A DNA stretch of 64,000 bases from Chromatiales bacterium (lineage in GTDB: Bacteria > Pseudomonadota > Gammaproteobacteria > UBA6429 > Thiohalophilaceae), in NCBI GenBank assembly GCA_027076325.1, contig JALTJZ010000059.1:13445-77444 (forward strand), given 5' to 3'. Each line of letters starts with the position of its first letter. The first letter of the stretch is position 1. The translations under genes were made by a program, and so were the position numbers. The notes below the pieces were generated by a model that saw only the letters and a program-made list of their open reading frames with translations, ran no database searches and was not told the origin of the DNA. Of this stretch, positions 48,539-59,280 are shown piece after piece.

Positions 48539-48689
48539 AGACCTTATCCCGATCGCAATAACCCCTGCAAATTGTACGTCATTTAAAACTTGCTTAATGG
48601 TGATCTGGATCAAAAGTCCCTACTATTTTAATTTGATTAATTTCTAAATAATTTCCATTTTTAGTCGCTATAGCCTGCATATCGTATTT

Positions 48690-50747
48690 ATGCAGGACCC
48701 CAATATTATGAGTAGTTTATCTTCAATCTTTTTTTCACCCTCTGTCGCTGTTTTGAACAAGCTTAAATTCACCCAGAAATTTGCACTTATTTTTATTATT
48801 TATTTAATCCCTATGGTTTATTTTGTTTTTGCATTAATAACTGATGATGCGAAAGGTGTCGAGCATGCAAAGCTGGAAAGAAAAGGAACCGAATATATGA
48901 TAAAAATTCGCCCTCTTTTTGAGCATATGGCACAAACACGCGGAATGACGAATGCTTATCTTCATGGCAAAACAGAGCTCAAGGAAAAAATAATAACCAA
49001 ACATGCACTCATTAACAAAGAACTGGCAGCCCTGGCCAATATTGACGCACGATTAGGCAAAATACTGCACACAACCGAACGGGTAAAGCGTATTCAGGAT
49101 AACTGGAACAGCCTGGTGCAAAATGCTTTATCGATGGAAAAGGATAAAGCGTTTACTGCTCATACCGTCATTATCGAAGACGTACTTGAACTTAAAGAGC
49201 ATATATTGGAGTCCTCAAGATTATTACTGGATCCTGCATTAGACAGTAATTTTATGGCAAGCTCTTTAAGCTTACGCATTCCAACACTGGTGGAAAATAT
49301 GGGCAAGCTACGAGGGCTCGGCGCGGGCATGATAGCGGCTGGCAACTTTACTCCGAAAGCACATCTGGAGGTAATGGGCTTTATTCAAACAATTGAAAAT
49401 GCAAACAGGATGATGATGCATGGTTTTAATGTGGTCTTTGAAAATAACATGACGGCACGCCAAAAGTTAACCTCACTAAGGGAAAAGTCAAATGAAGCAA
49501 CCCGCCAGTTTATTCAGTTAACCAAAACCAAAGTGCTTGAGGCTGAAAAAATAAATATGGATGCTGTTGATTATTTTTCAAAAGGGACACAGGCGATTAC
49601 TGCGAATCTGGCGCTGTATGATGCTGTAATGCCCGTGTTAAACAACGTGCTCGAAAAGCGCATCAATAATTCCACGAGTGAAATGGGACTTCATCTTATT
49701 TTAAGCTTGCTACTATTGTTTACCACACTTTATTTGTTTAGCGGTTTTTATCGCAGCCTGATGGGCTCCATTAATGCCGTAAAGGCTGCGGTACATACAA
49801 TGGCCAAAGGAGATTTAACAAAGCACGTTAAACTGGAAGCAAAAGATGAAATGCAACTTATCGCAACAGACATGAATATGATGATAGATAAAATAAATGC
49901 TCTTGTATCCCAGGTGGTCAGCTCTGCAAATCAGGTCGTGAGCTCAGCGGAGTTGAATGGAGCGGCCTCAGAAGACACGCGTGATGGCGTAAACCAGCAA
50001 AATCAGGAGCTGGAACTGGTTGCTACGGCAATGAATGAAATGTCTGCCACCGTGCATGAAGTCGCTAATAACGCCTCCAGCACTGCAGAAGCAACACGTA
50101 ACGCAGACATGGAAGCAAAAGCCGGTCGAGCCGTTGTTAATCAAACAATTGAATCCATTAATGCACTATCCAATGAAATGCAGCAAGCGAGCGGTGTTAT
50201 CAAACAACTAGAGGAAGACAGCGAAACCATTGGCAGTGTGCTCGATGTAATACGTGGTATAGCCGAGCAAACAAATTTACTCGCGCTTAACGCAGCAATT
50301 GAAGCGGCTCGCGCAGGTGAACAAGGCCGTGGCTTTGCCGTGGTTGCAGATGAAGTAAGAACCCTGGCCAGCCGTACGCAGGATTCAACTCAGGAAATCC
50401 AGGCAATGATAGAAAAGTTACAGCAAGGATCACAAAAAGCAGTAACGGTAATAGATGAAGGAACTCGGCAAACAGAAAAAACGATTACTCAGGCGGCAGA
50501 GGCGGGGGCAACGCTGGAATCGATTACAGCCGCCGTTGATCATATTACTTCGATGAACGAACAAATTGCCAGCGCCGCTGAAGAACAAAGCAGTGTAGCA
50601 GAAGAAATTAATCGTAATGTGGTTAACGTACGCGATATTGCGGGGCAAACAGCCGGCAATGCAAACAAAACAGCAGAAAACAGTACTTCACTGCAAGAGG
50701 TTGCATCACAGCTTCAGGTGCTAGTCGCTGAGTTTAAGGTTCGTTAA
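48690..50747 (+). CDS. methyl-accepting chemotaxis protein with a large helical periplasmic sensor (NIT-like?) and HAMP
   Basis: 685-aa ORF; two TM segments; sensor with repeated RG motifs ([19 protein letters not shown]); signalling hairpin [32 protein letters not shown]; start ambiguous (the ATG at 48690 sits inside an 8-bp hairpin; alternative ATG at 48708). Confidence 0.92.
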   Translation: MQDPNIMSSLSSIFFSPSVAVLNKLKFTQKFALIFIIYLIPMVYFVFALITDDAKGVEHAKLERKGTEYMIKIRPLFEHMAQTRGMTNAYLHGKTELKEKIITKHALINKELAALANIDARLGKILHTTERVKRIQDNWNSLVQNALSMEKDKAFTAHTVIIEDVLELKEHILESSRLLLDPALDSNFMASSLSLRIPTLVENMGKLRGLGAGMIAAGNFTPKAHLEVMGFIQTIENANRMMMHGFNVVFENNMTARQKLTSLREKSNEATRQFIQLTKTKVLEAEKINMDAVDYFSKGTQAITANLALYDAVMPVLNNVLEKRINNSTSEMGLHLILSLLLLFTTLYLFSGFYRSLMGSINAVKAAVHTMAKGDLTKHVKLEAKDEMQLIATDMNMMIDKINALVSQVVSSANQVVSSAELNGAASEDTRDGVNQQNQELELVATAMNEMSATVHEVANNASSTAEATRNADMEAKAGRAVVNQTIESINALSNEMQQASGVIKQLEEDSETIGSVLDVIRGIAEQTNLLALNAAIEAARAGEQGRGFAVVADEVRTLASRTQDSTQEIQAMIEKLQQGSQKAVTVIDEGTRQTEKTITQAAEAGATLESITAAVDHITSMNEQIASAAEEQSSVAEEINRNVVNVRDIAGQTAGNANKTAENSTSLQEVASQLQVLVAEFKVR

Positions 50748-51008
50748 TCGTAAAAACATGCCCACAAAATGGGGCAAACTTAACTATTCTGTAAAGACAA
50801 CAAAAAAACAGGGATTTTCTGCTACTAACGCGATACTCTGCTCACTTTGTTCGCCCTGAAAGAAATCTGTTTTTACCCAAGTGGGGTGGTATGCTATAGA
50901 TTTTGTGGCAATTTACAGCATGCACCTTGAAAGGTTATCGAAATTATTATATTCCTATATACTCTGTTTTGCTGATAGGGGCTGTTTCTTAAGAAGTATA
51001 AATTTTAC

Positions 51009-53972
51009 ATGAATATAATCAATCAGCTATCCATTAAATATAAAACATATTTACTGGTAGCGCTTATTGTTGTTGTGGCGTCAGTTTTGTCGCTGGTATC
51101 CAATGACGGGTTGCACACGCTTCGCCATGAGCTGGACGAGCTGATCGCATCAACCCAGATTGAACGTTATACCAACAAGCTAATATTAGAAGAACAAAAA
51201 TACCGTTTAAATGCAAATGGGTCAGTTTATGATATTGATGCCGCAAATCGTGCATTTAACAATGCACTGAGTTATGTCGATAAAATATACCTTATTCTTA
51301 ACCGCAGCCGTGATCTGGGGCATAAGGATCTGTCAACCAGCATAGATAAAACTCGGCGCTCAACAGATGAGTATAAAAGCCTTTACCTTAAAGCCGTATC
51401 ATTACTTACTGCCCTCAACAAACAAGCAGCAATATTGGTGAATGAAGGCGAGACCATTACATTGCAAATTCAGGAGTACGTTGAAGCCAAGCGCATAGAA
51501 ATTAAAAAAAATCTAAAACAAAAAACCATTGAAAAAATCAATAATGGCTCAAATATCTGGCAATACACTTATGTAACACGGCTGGATGAAAAGAAGTATC
51601 GCTTGAGCCCTGATGAAGCTATTTTCAGGATGTTCAAGAGTAATTTTGCCTTTATGATGAGTGAATGGTCTCGCCTGAAAAAAATGTCAGATCAACCCTT
51701 TGAATTTGACAAACTTGAAAAGTTTCATGCCTCGGCTATCAAATATGAAAAAGCCATGCAAGTATGGGCTAATTTTGACAAGCAGTTAACAACAACTGTA
51801 TTGCCGGGAATGCAACGTCTGGGGCAAAGTATTATTGCCAATGCCATTCAGTCTGCTGAGCGCTCAGTTAACCATATGGCAAAAAAGCGTAACAACATCG
51901 CACTAACATTAACGACTGTAAGCATTGTTACCATTATATTAGGTATTTTGTTTGGTGCAGTTATTGCACGCTCAATTTCATCTGTTGTCGCCTCTTTTCA
52001 AAACGGGTTACTGAATTTCTTTGCTTACCTTAATCAACAACAAAAAATGGCACAACCCATTGTGGTTGAAGGCAATGATGAAATTTCAGTTATGGCCAAA
52101 GTGGTGAACGAGAATATTATAAAAATTCAGAATGTCCTGGATAGAAAAAGTGATTATCAACACGCCTTGCTAGAGTGGTCCAAGGTAGATTATCTAGATG
52201 ACCATTTTACCATTCATAAAGCAACAGAATTATCTGCGAAAGCTCTGCATACCGAACGAGTAAGCATATGGTTATTCAATGATGAACAAACAGAGTTGCG
52301 TTGTGTTGACATATATTTAAGTGATTTAGACAAACACGAAAGCGGTACCGTATTGCTAGAAAAAGATTACCCTGAATATTTTAAAACCATTTTAAGCGGT
52401 GAAATGCTGGTAGCAAATAACGCCAGAGAAGATGTGCGTAGCCGTGAATTTAATAAAGATTTTTTTTGGCCTTTTAATATTTATTCGGTGCTGGATTTAC
52501 CCATTATTCAGGATGGCAAACCAGTTGGTGTAATACGCCATGCAAAAATAGGCCAGACCAGGGAGTGGGCGCTCGATGAACAGGATTTTGCCAGTTCCGT
52601 TGTCAATGCCCTTTCATTGTCGCTGGAAATAAAGAAACGCCAGCAAGCACAGGAAGAATTAAAACAGCAAAAAGAAATACTGCACTATCATGCACACCAT
52701 GATCGCCTAACAGATTTGCCAAATCGCTTTCTGTTTGATGATCGTCTTGAACAGGCAATTAAACAGGCACAACGCAGCGAAACAAAGATAGCAGTGTTAT
52801 TCCTTGACCTTGACCATTTCAAAGGCGTGAATGATTCAATGGGCCATAAAGTAGGTGATGAACTACTTATTGAGGTATCCAGACGCTTAAAAAGTAAAAT
52901 CCGACAGACAGATACCCTTGCACGGTTAGGTGGCGACGAGTTTGCAATTGTTCTGGATCAAGTGGCAACGAATGACGTCGTGGTTGATGTAACGCAAAAC
53001 CTGCTAAAATTAATGCACACCCCAATAGAACTGCAAGGCAAACCTTTTTATGTCACCTTCAGTGTTGGTATTGCTATTTATCCTGACGACGGCGATAGCG
53101 CAGAAACATTGTTAAAAAATGCCGATGCCGCCATGTACCATGCCAAAGACGATGGCCGAGACACCTATCAATTCTATACCGAAACCATGACTGAAAAAGC
53201 TTTTGAACGCATTGCAATGGAAGCGAGTTTTAGAAGTGCGCTAAGTCGTGAAGAATTTATAGTTCATTACCAGCCACAGGTCGATGCACAAACTGGTCGG
53301 TATGTTGGAATGGAAGGGCTGGTTCGCTGGAAACACCCGGATATGGGACTGATATCACCCTCTAAATTTTTAACCTTTGCACATGAGACCAGCTTGATTA
53401 TTCCGCTGGATGAGTGGGTGATGAAAACGGCAATGACGCAATTTGCACATTGGTATCATTCAGGCTTAAATCCAGGCGTACTCGCGCTTAATCTCACAAT
53501 GGTGCAATTAAAAAATGAACGCTTTGTCAACACGTTGCAGGCACTGTTGGCCGAAACCGGCTGTCAACCACAATGGCTGGAACTGGAAGTTACCGAAGGA
53601 CAGATTATGCAAGACTCTAATCTGGCAATACAGATATTAAATCAGCTTAAAGCACTGGGAATTAGTCTGGCAATTGATGATTTTGGAACAGGCTATTCTT
53701 CACTGTCGCAACTTAAGCGCTTACCTATAAACAAGCTGAAAATTGATCAGTCCTTTATACGTGATTTGCCGAAGGATGAAGATGATGCAATGATATCGAA
53801 GTCTATTATTGCGCTGTCAAAAAATATGGGCTTAACAGTGATAGCTGAAGGCGTGGAAACGGAGGCACAAAAAGACTTTTTGCTGGCCAATGGCTGTCAC
53901 TATATCCAGGGGTATTTATACAGCAAGCCCATGCCAGCTGCTGATATTGAACCAAAAATACAGGATAGCTAA
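51009..53972 (+). CDS. membrane sensor, HAMP, GAF, GGDEF, EAL protein (c-di-GMP turnover)
   Basis: 987-aa ORF; intact RLGGDEF with an RxxD I-site (RQTD) 5 residues upstream; EAL-domain motifs EGLVRW, ELEVTEG, DDFGTGYSSL, KIDQSF. Confidence 0.92.
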   Translation: MNIINQLSIKYKTYLLVALIVVVASVLSLVSNDGLHTLRHELDELIASTQIERYTNKLILEEQKYRLNANGSVYDIDAANRAFNNALSYVDKIYLILNRSRDLGHKDLSTSIDKTRRSTDEYKSLYLKAVSLLTALNKQAAILVNEGETITLQIQEYVEAKRIEIKKNLKQKTIEKINNGSNIWQYTYVTRLDEKKYRLSPDEAIFRMFKSNFAFMMSEWSRLKKMSDQPFEFDKLEKFHASAIKYEKAMQVWANFDKQLTTTVLPGMQRLGQSIIANAIQSAERSVNHMAKKRNNIALTLTTVSIVTIILGILFGAVIARSISSVVASFQNGLLNFFAYLNQQQKMAQPIVVEGNDEISVMAKVVNENIIKIQNVLDRKSDYQHALLEWSKVDYLDDHFTIHKATELSAKALHTERVSIWLFNDEQTELRCVDIYLSDLDKHESGTVLLEKDYPEYFKTILSGEMLVANNAREDVRSREFNKDFFWPFNIYSVLDLPIIQDGKPVGVIRHAKIGQTREWALDEQDFASSVVNALSLSLEIKKRQQAQEELKQQKEILHYHAHHDRLTDLPNRFLFDDRLEQAIKQAQRSETKIAVLFLDLDHFKGVNDSMGHKVGDELLIEVSRRLKSKIRQTDTLARLGGDEFAIVLDQVATNDVVVDVTQNLLKLMHTPIELQGKPFYVTFSVGIAIYPDDGDSAETLLKNADAAMYHAKDDGRDTYQFYTETMTEKAFERIAMEASFRSALSREEFIVHYQPQVDAQTGRYVGMEGLVRWKHPDMGLISPSKFLTFAHETSLIIPLDEWVMKTAMTQFAHWYHSGLNPGVLALNLTMVQLKNERFVNTLQALLAETGCQPQWLELEVTEGQIMQDSNLAIQILNQLKALGISLAIDDFGTGYSSLSQLKRLPINKLKIDQSFIRDLPKDEDDAMISKSIIALSKNMGLTVIAEGVETEAQKDFLLANGCHYIQGYLYSKPMPAADIEPKIQDS

Positions 53973-54028
53973 AACAAGTTAATCATTTTAACTTTAGCTC
54001 CACGCAACTTACAGCAGGGCGCTTTATT

Positions 54029-54907
54029 TTATTTACTTGCTTCAGGACTGAGCTTTGCTTTTTCTTTCTGGTCTCTTAGCCAGTTTTTAAATTCCACAGG
54101 GAGCGCTGTCATTTTTTTATTTTCCGGCAAAGAGTGCTTTGCAATCATATTCTTTGTTTGAGCAATACGATTTTTAGTCAGTGGATGTGTCGCAAAAAAT
54201 TCAAATGAATTGTCCTTGCCAAATTCATTTTCAAAAACCTTGAATAAACCCAAAGCGCCGTTTGCATGACCATAAATTTTCACCAGGCTTGCAATGGCAT
54301 CTTTATCTGACTGATATTCATATTCCCTTGAAAAACGCCGCAAGCTAGCCATCCCCGTTGAGCCCATTAAATCACTAACGACTGAATCACCTGCGGATGT
54401 ACTTATAGCCGATAAAACAAGACCAACTACAATACCATGGCTGGCACTTAAAATAGGGTGGCGATATTTAATGTGTGCCACTTCGTGGCCGATAACCATT
54501 GCAAGCTCATCTTCGGTTGCAAGTTTTTCAATCAAGCCGCGATATAAAACAATATGCCCGCCTAATGTTGCAAAAGCATTAACCGTATCATCATTAACAT
54601 AATGCACCGTAATTTTCATTGCATCATCAAGGTTAAAGCTTCGAACTACTTTTTGTGTAACACGCTCAAGGTAAGGTGGTAGAGCTTCGGTCTTTTGTGT
54701 TTTTATAACACCTGCAATGGGCAATTTTTTTTCAAGTTCGAAGGGGATTTTGTCGGCAAAATTATCAATAACAAGTATAAGTATCGAAATTAAAATAAAA
54801 ACAGCCGCAATTAAACCTGCCGTTAAAATAAAAAACTCTTTTAATGGGTGTGCCTTACTGGTATTAATATTTTCCGGTAGTTCAGGGTTTGAATATTCCA
54901 TATACAT
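54029..54907 (-). CDS. M48-family zinc metallopeptidase with an N-terminal TM anchor
   Basis: 292-aa ORF; HEVAH zinc motif (VIGHEVAHIKYRH); TM FFILTAGLIAAVFILISILILVI. Confidence 0.85.
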   Translation of the reverse strand: MYMEYSNPELPENINTSKAHPLKEFFILTAGLIAAVFILISILILVIDNFADKIPFELEKKLPIAGVIKTQKTEALPPYLERVTQKVVRSFNLDDAMKITVHYVNDDTVNAFATLGGHIVLYRGLIEKLATEDELAMVIGHEVAHIKYRHPILSASHGIVVGLVLSAISTSAGDSVVSDLMGSTGMASLRRFSREYEYQSDKDAIASLVKIYGHANGALGLFKVFENEFGKDNSFEFFATHPLTKNRIAQTKNMIAKHSLPENKKMTALPVEFKNWLRDQKEKAKLSPEASK

Positions 54908-54916
54908 TACTGTTGC

Positions 54917-55363
54917 TTATGTCGGTATCAGTGCGGTTCCATAAGCAAGCACTTCGACTGAGCCCACAGAATTTCCATGTCCTTTATGAATGCTTGCCGT
55001 TTCCATTTTTATATTAAAAATAAACTCGGCATCCAGATACTTAGCTTCCTGTTTCATTCGTAAGATAGCTTCACGACGCGCACGATCTAATAACGTTTCA
55101 TATGAGCTAATGCGCCCGCCAAAAATATTACGCAGGCTTGCCAGAAAACGTTTAAAATAATCAACAGAAATAACAACGCTGCCCGTTACCAGTTGGCTGT
55201 GTAAGTCCGGGCGTCCCGGTGGCGGCACCCGCGAAGCAATGGCAGGGAGAACATTTAAAGCTCTTTCGCGTTTACGTATCGACTTGTAATGCCGGGCTTC
55301 TGCATAGCGCCCAAAACCATAGCCTAATGCAAGCAAGACAAAAAACAAGATTAAATCATACAT
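54917..55363 (-). CDS. membrane-anchored YbjQ-family (UPF0145, putative heavy-metal-binding) protein
   Basis: 148-aa ORF; N-terminal TM LILFFVLLALGYGF; YbjQ core LRNIFGGRISSYETLLDRARREAILRMKQEA...VLAYGTA; 9 nt upstream of the M48 gene. Confidence 0.8.
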   Translation of the reverse strand: MYDLILFFVLLALGYGFGRYAEARHYKSIRKRERALNVLPAIASRVPPPGRPDLHSQLVTGSVVISVDYFKRFLASLRNIFGGRISSYETLLDRARREAILRMKQEAKYLDAEFIFNIKMETASIHKGHGNSVGSVEVLAYGTALIPT

Positions 55364-55391
55364 CTTATATCACTCCCGCTTTTCTGCTATA

Positions 55392-55706
55392 TCACTCTAA
55401 TGTTACCGCGGTACCATAAGCAAATAACTCGGCTGCACCGGCGGCGACACTGGATGTGGAAAATCGAACATTGAGAACCGCATTTGCACCCGTTGATTTT
55501 GCCATTTCAAGCATTCGGTTATATGCTTCTTCTCGGGACTCCTGCAGCAGCTCAGTATAGCCTTTAAGCTCACCACCAAAAATATTTTTAAGACCAGCCA
55601 TAAAATCCCGGCCAACATGTTTAGCGCGCACTGAACTGCCCTGCACCAGCCCATAGTGTTTTGTTATCCGCTTACCAGGTACCACTTCAAGGTTGCTTAC
55701 AATCAT
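55392..55706 (-). CDS. soluble YbjQ-family (UPF0145) protein
   Basis: 104-aa ORF; LKNIFGGELKGYTELLQESREEAYNRMLEMA...LFAYGTAV; 28 nt upstream of the TM-YbjQ gene. Confidence 0.85.
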   Translation of the reverse strand: MIVSNLEVVPGKRITKHYGLVQGSSVRAKHVGRDFMAGLKNIFGGELKGYTELLQESREEAYNRMLEMAKSTGANAVLNVRFSTSSVAAGAAELFAYGTAVTLE

Positions 55707-55811
55707 TCAATTTCTCCAGTGCTTCTTCAAACTACCCAAAAGATTACTATTAACCATAGCACGAGTCAGCAAGAGTCACGCTAAAATTTGCCGGCACTCT
55801 TCTATCTTCAT

Positions 55812-56855
55812 TTAAACGTACCAGTCCTGAGGAATATCGCTAGCTGACATTGGTACCACTTTAAATACAATGGCCTCTTCATTTAAAGGCTTTGCTGTTA
55901 CTTCAACTTCCTCAGCATCACGCCCCTGGCTGTATCGCGCAACAATTTGGCCAGCTCGCTTTAGTTCATCATTACTTATTTCACCCTCGATTAATGCCAG
56001 AGGCCCGGGATGGCTGCTAATATAAAGGTGGGTAAATTGTTTTTTATAGCCTTCCATAAATTTATTTTCACCTTCTTCGCGTGAAATAATAATTTTATAT
56101 TTTTCACTGGGGCGAATGTGACGACCCACCTTTAGTAACATGATATCATCAAGTTCATATTCACGGCTGCCTCGATGCTGCCATAAGTCAACCAGCTTAA
56201 CCGAATAAGATTTATCCGTTAAAAAGCAGCAGCCGCCAGCGGGGGTAGCATAATCTTTAAAACCAAATTGTTCCGCAAGTGCAAACTGAGGCTTACGGGT
56301 ACGACCGGAAAAATCCAGCAGCTTGTCACGATCCAGCCAGCCTTCACGTTCAGGCAAAGTGGCAGGTAAATGCTGCGCACATAATGGCCGAACCAGTAAA
56401 TCACCTGCACCGGACTCGCGTTGAATAACCGGCATGGTGTCCTTGCGTTGAGACATTGGCCGCTGGCCAATCACTTCACCGGTAATAATAAAGTCAAAAT
56501 CATTTTCTTTAATCCACTCAAGTGCTTTTTTAACCATAAAACCTTTACAGTCCAGACAGGGGTTCATATTCTGACCATAACCATGTTTGGGATTAAGCAA
56601 AACATCTTTGTATTCTTCAATTACATCGATAATATGTAATTTAATCCCAAGTTGCTCGGCAACCCATAAAGCATTATTACGTTTGGGTTTAGCTTTATCT
56701 TTTTTACGGATGGCATGCGTATGCCCCTCAACACAAAAGCCGGTAAAAAAATTAATTCCTTCAACATGGATCCCCTGCTCCATAATCAATTTGGTTGAAA
56801 GGAGCGAATCAAGGCCACCGGATATAAGGGAGACCGCTTTAATTTGTTTTGCCAT
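55812..56855 (-). CDS. PP-loop ATP pyrophosphatase, ThiI/MnmA-like (putative tRNA or cofactor thiolation enzyme) with an uncharacterised C-terminal extension
   Basis: 347-aa ORF; PP-loop SLISGGLDSLL; NPCLDCKGFM; GEVIGQRPMSQ; CCFLTDKS; about 130 C-terminal residues with no recognised motif. Confidence 0.75.
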   Translation of the reverse strand: MAKQIKAVSLISGGLDSLLSTKLIMEQGIHVEGINFFTGFCVEGHTHAIRKKDKAKPKRNNALWVAEQLGIKLHIIDVIEEYKDVLLNPKHGYGQNMNPCLDCKGFMVKKALEWIKENDFDFIITGEVIGQRPMSQRKDTMPVIQRESGAGDLLVRPLCAQHLPATLPEREGWLDRDKLLDFSGRTRKPQFALAEQFGFKDYATPAGGCCFLTDKSYSVKLVDLWQHRGSREYELDDIMLLKVGRHIRPSEKYKIIISREEGENKFMEGYKKQFTHLYISSHPGPLALIEGEISNDELKRAGQIVARYSQGRDAEEVEVTAKPLNEEAIVFKVVPMSASDIPQDWYV

Positions 56856-56958
56856 TGGTTTAAAAAACCTGTCTGAAAAATTATGCAGTTTGAGGAAGAA
56901 AATAAAAATCGATGCGGTTATTATAACAGATTATTATCGCAAATCTTGTTCATTGATA

Positions 56959-59280
56959 TTAGCCCAGCGAGTAATCATTGCTGGCAAAGTCATAATTAAG
57001 CTCCGCGCTGGGTGAGTGAATAAAATAACCCTGAAAATATCGAACACCCCATGACCATAATATGGTCAGGGTTTTTGGATCTTCCAGAGACCCAGCAATA
57101 ACGGCAACATCCGCCTGTTGCGCTTTTTCGACCAGTTGTTGCACTTTTTTGCGTATCTGCGTATCTGATTGTATTTGACTGATTAAAGCTCCACTGAGTT
57201 TGACATAGTCAACCTTGAATTCTTCCAGCAATTTCAGGCTATATTCTGTCGAACCAAAATGGTCAATAGCAAACAGGCAGGTTGGACGAGGCAGATGGGT
57301 GATAAATTTATGTGTATCTCTTTCACGGGTTAAAATATCGGCTTCAGGAATTTCAAAGGTAATGCGGTTGGCACCAACTAAACCAATACTGTTGACGCAA
57401 TTATTCACCCAAATTGAAAAAGCACTCCGGGACAGCGACTCACCCGAAAGCTTGATAAAAAAATTCCCGCGTATTTTCATCTTTGTGTCTCTGTTATAAA
57501 CATCAAGCGTGTTCTCAAGCACCCACCTGTCAACCTCATGTACCAGATCATTTTGTTTTATGACCGGGAAAAATTGGGAGGGCAGGTAAAGTTTATCTTT
57601 GTTATCAATAAGGCGAATCAGAACTTCGTAGCATTCATCATTTTTATCACCCATTCCAATAATAGGTTGGAAAACAAGCTTGAAGCGCTGTTGATCAACT
57701 GCATGATAAATACGCGTAACCAGATCCGGCGAGACAACACTGGAAGATGAATCATCAAGCGCTTCGATGCTGTAATGATGCGCCTGACACCCACCCTGAG
57801 ATTGTGCCTGCATAGTTGCTTGCTCAACTTGAGTCAATACTTGGGCAACGGTCGTTGAGTCATGATTGATTGGTACAATGCCAATACTGACTGTAAATTC
57901 AATATGAGCATCATCTCGCTGATAAGGTTTTTCTTCGGTGGCCTGTATAATATCTTCAGCAATGGCTGATACGGTTTCCAGATCTTCCGAACAAAGAATA
58001 GCTATACTTTGATCTGTTAAGTGACATGCAATATCTGCCGTGTTCAGAAAATGAGTCACCGTGCTGACAATATGCTTTATAAAATCATCAAAATAAATGA
58101 CACCAATCTGTTTTGTTATATACTCAAAGTGGTCTACATTAATTTGCAGTAAATACAGCTCTGAATGCTCGCTTGCTTCCGAAATACTTTTCTCAAGTAA
58201 GCTGAAAAAATATTTTCGATTAACCAGGCCGGTTGTAAGATCTTTTTTGCTTATTTCTTTTATCTGCGATTTAACCAAAGACGCATTAATTAGTCGATTA
58301 TGGATTTTTCGTAATAGCTCATTTTGAGTAATATCTTTTGTTAAGTATTCATCACCACTAATCGACATAGATGCCTGTCTGACCGCTTCTGTTTTATCGC
58401 TGGATAAAAATAAAATGGGGGTTGCCAGGTAAGCTTCGTCCTGTTTTATAATTTGTGCAAGCTCAAGTCCGTTAATATCGGGCATATGAACATCTAATAA
58501 AATCAAATCAGGTTTGAATCGTTGTATTTCTTCAAGCGCGTGTAATGGCTTATTTACAACCAGGGTTTTATAATGGTATTTACGCAAAATACTCGCGTTA
58601 CTCTCGGATACCTGTTTGTCATCATCAATAATAGCCACACGCCCAACACAGGTTTTGGAAATAATCAGATCGTCCAGCTTATAAATAAGTTTTTCAGGAT
58701 CAACCGGTTTATTGAGATAGGCATTGCCCTTCGCCCGTAGTGCGCTTAAACGTGCAGTTATGTCACAACGTGCAGAAATAAAAATAGTGGGAATATGCTT
58801 TCCGGCAATGCTATGGATTTGTTCAGCTGCCATGATGCCTTGCATTTTTGGATCCCCCGGAAACATTATGTCCATAACCAGTGCCGAGGGTGATTTTTCT
58901 TTAATCCGCTGGAGAATGTCATTTATATTATAAAATGATTCCACCTGATAGCCTGACGACTCAAGCTGGGCAGATAGAAAATCGGTAATATGTTCATCGT
59001 CATCAACAATATAAATGCAGTGTGCATTTCTGATAAGGGAAGTACTGGCTCTTATTTCAGCCGATGTTTGCTGGCTCGATGACGCTCTCTTTTTCTCAAC
59101 TGACCGAATAAGCTGCTCAATTAAATCGCTAATTTCATTTTGTTGTGACGTATTCGGTATGTCACAGCTTTTAATATAAGTGTTGATCTGTTCAGCTACG
59201 TTTCTTGCACATTCTGACAATTTGTCAAAACCAAACGTTTTACCGTTACCAGCAAGTGTGTGCACCATGGTAAACAGCAT
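56959..59280 (-). CDS. (HPt C-terminal part), REC, REC, degenerate GGDEF, EAL signalling protein; 5-prime part displaced by a frameshift
   Basis: 773-aa ORF; HPt histidine motif VHTLAGNGKTFG at residues 6-17; two REC domains with acceptor Asp (LVMDIMFPG, LLDVHMPD); GGDEF position reads TDQSI; EAL motifs EVLIRL, FEIPE, DHFG. Confidence 0.85.
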   Translation of the reverse strand: MLFTMVHTLAGNGKTFGFDKLSECARNVAEQINTYIKSCDIPNTSQQNEISDLIEQLIRSVEKKRASSSQQTSAEIRASTSLIRNAHCIYIVDDDEHITDFLSAQLESSGYQVESFYNINDILQRIKEKSPSALVMDIMFPGDPKMQGIMAAEQIHSIAGKHIPTIFISARCDITARLSALRAKGNAYLNKPVDPEKLIYKLDDLIISKTCVGRVAIIDDDKQVSESNASILRKYHYKTLVVNKPLHALEEIQRFKPDLILLDVHMPDINGLELAQIIKQDEAYLATPILFLSSDKTEAVRQASMSISGDEYLTKDITQNELLRKIHNRLINASLVKSQIKEISKKDLTTGLVNRKYFFSLLEKSISEASEHSELYLLQINVDHFEYITKQIGVIYFDDFIKHIVSTVTHFLNTADIACHLTDQSIAILCSEDLETVSAIAEDIIQATEEKPYQRDDAHIEFTVSIGIVPINHDSTTVAQVLTQVEQATMQAQSQGGCQAHHYSIEALDDSSSSVVSPDLVTRIYHAVDQQRFKLVFQPIIGMGDKNDECYEVLIRLIDNKDKLYLPSQFFPVIKQNDLVHEVDRWVLENTLDVYNRDTKMKIRGNFFIKLSGESLSRSAFSIWVNNCVNSIGLVGANRITFEIPEADILTRERDTHKFITHLPRPTCLFAIDHFGSTEYSLKLLEEFKVDYVKLSGALISQIQSDTQIRKKVQQLVEKAQQADVAVIAGSLEDPKTLTILWSWGVRYFQGYFIHSPSAELNYDFASNDYSLG

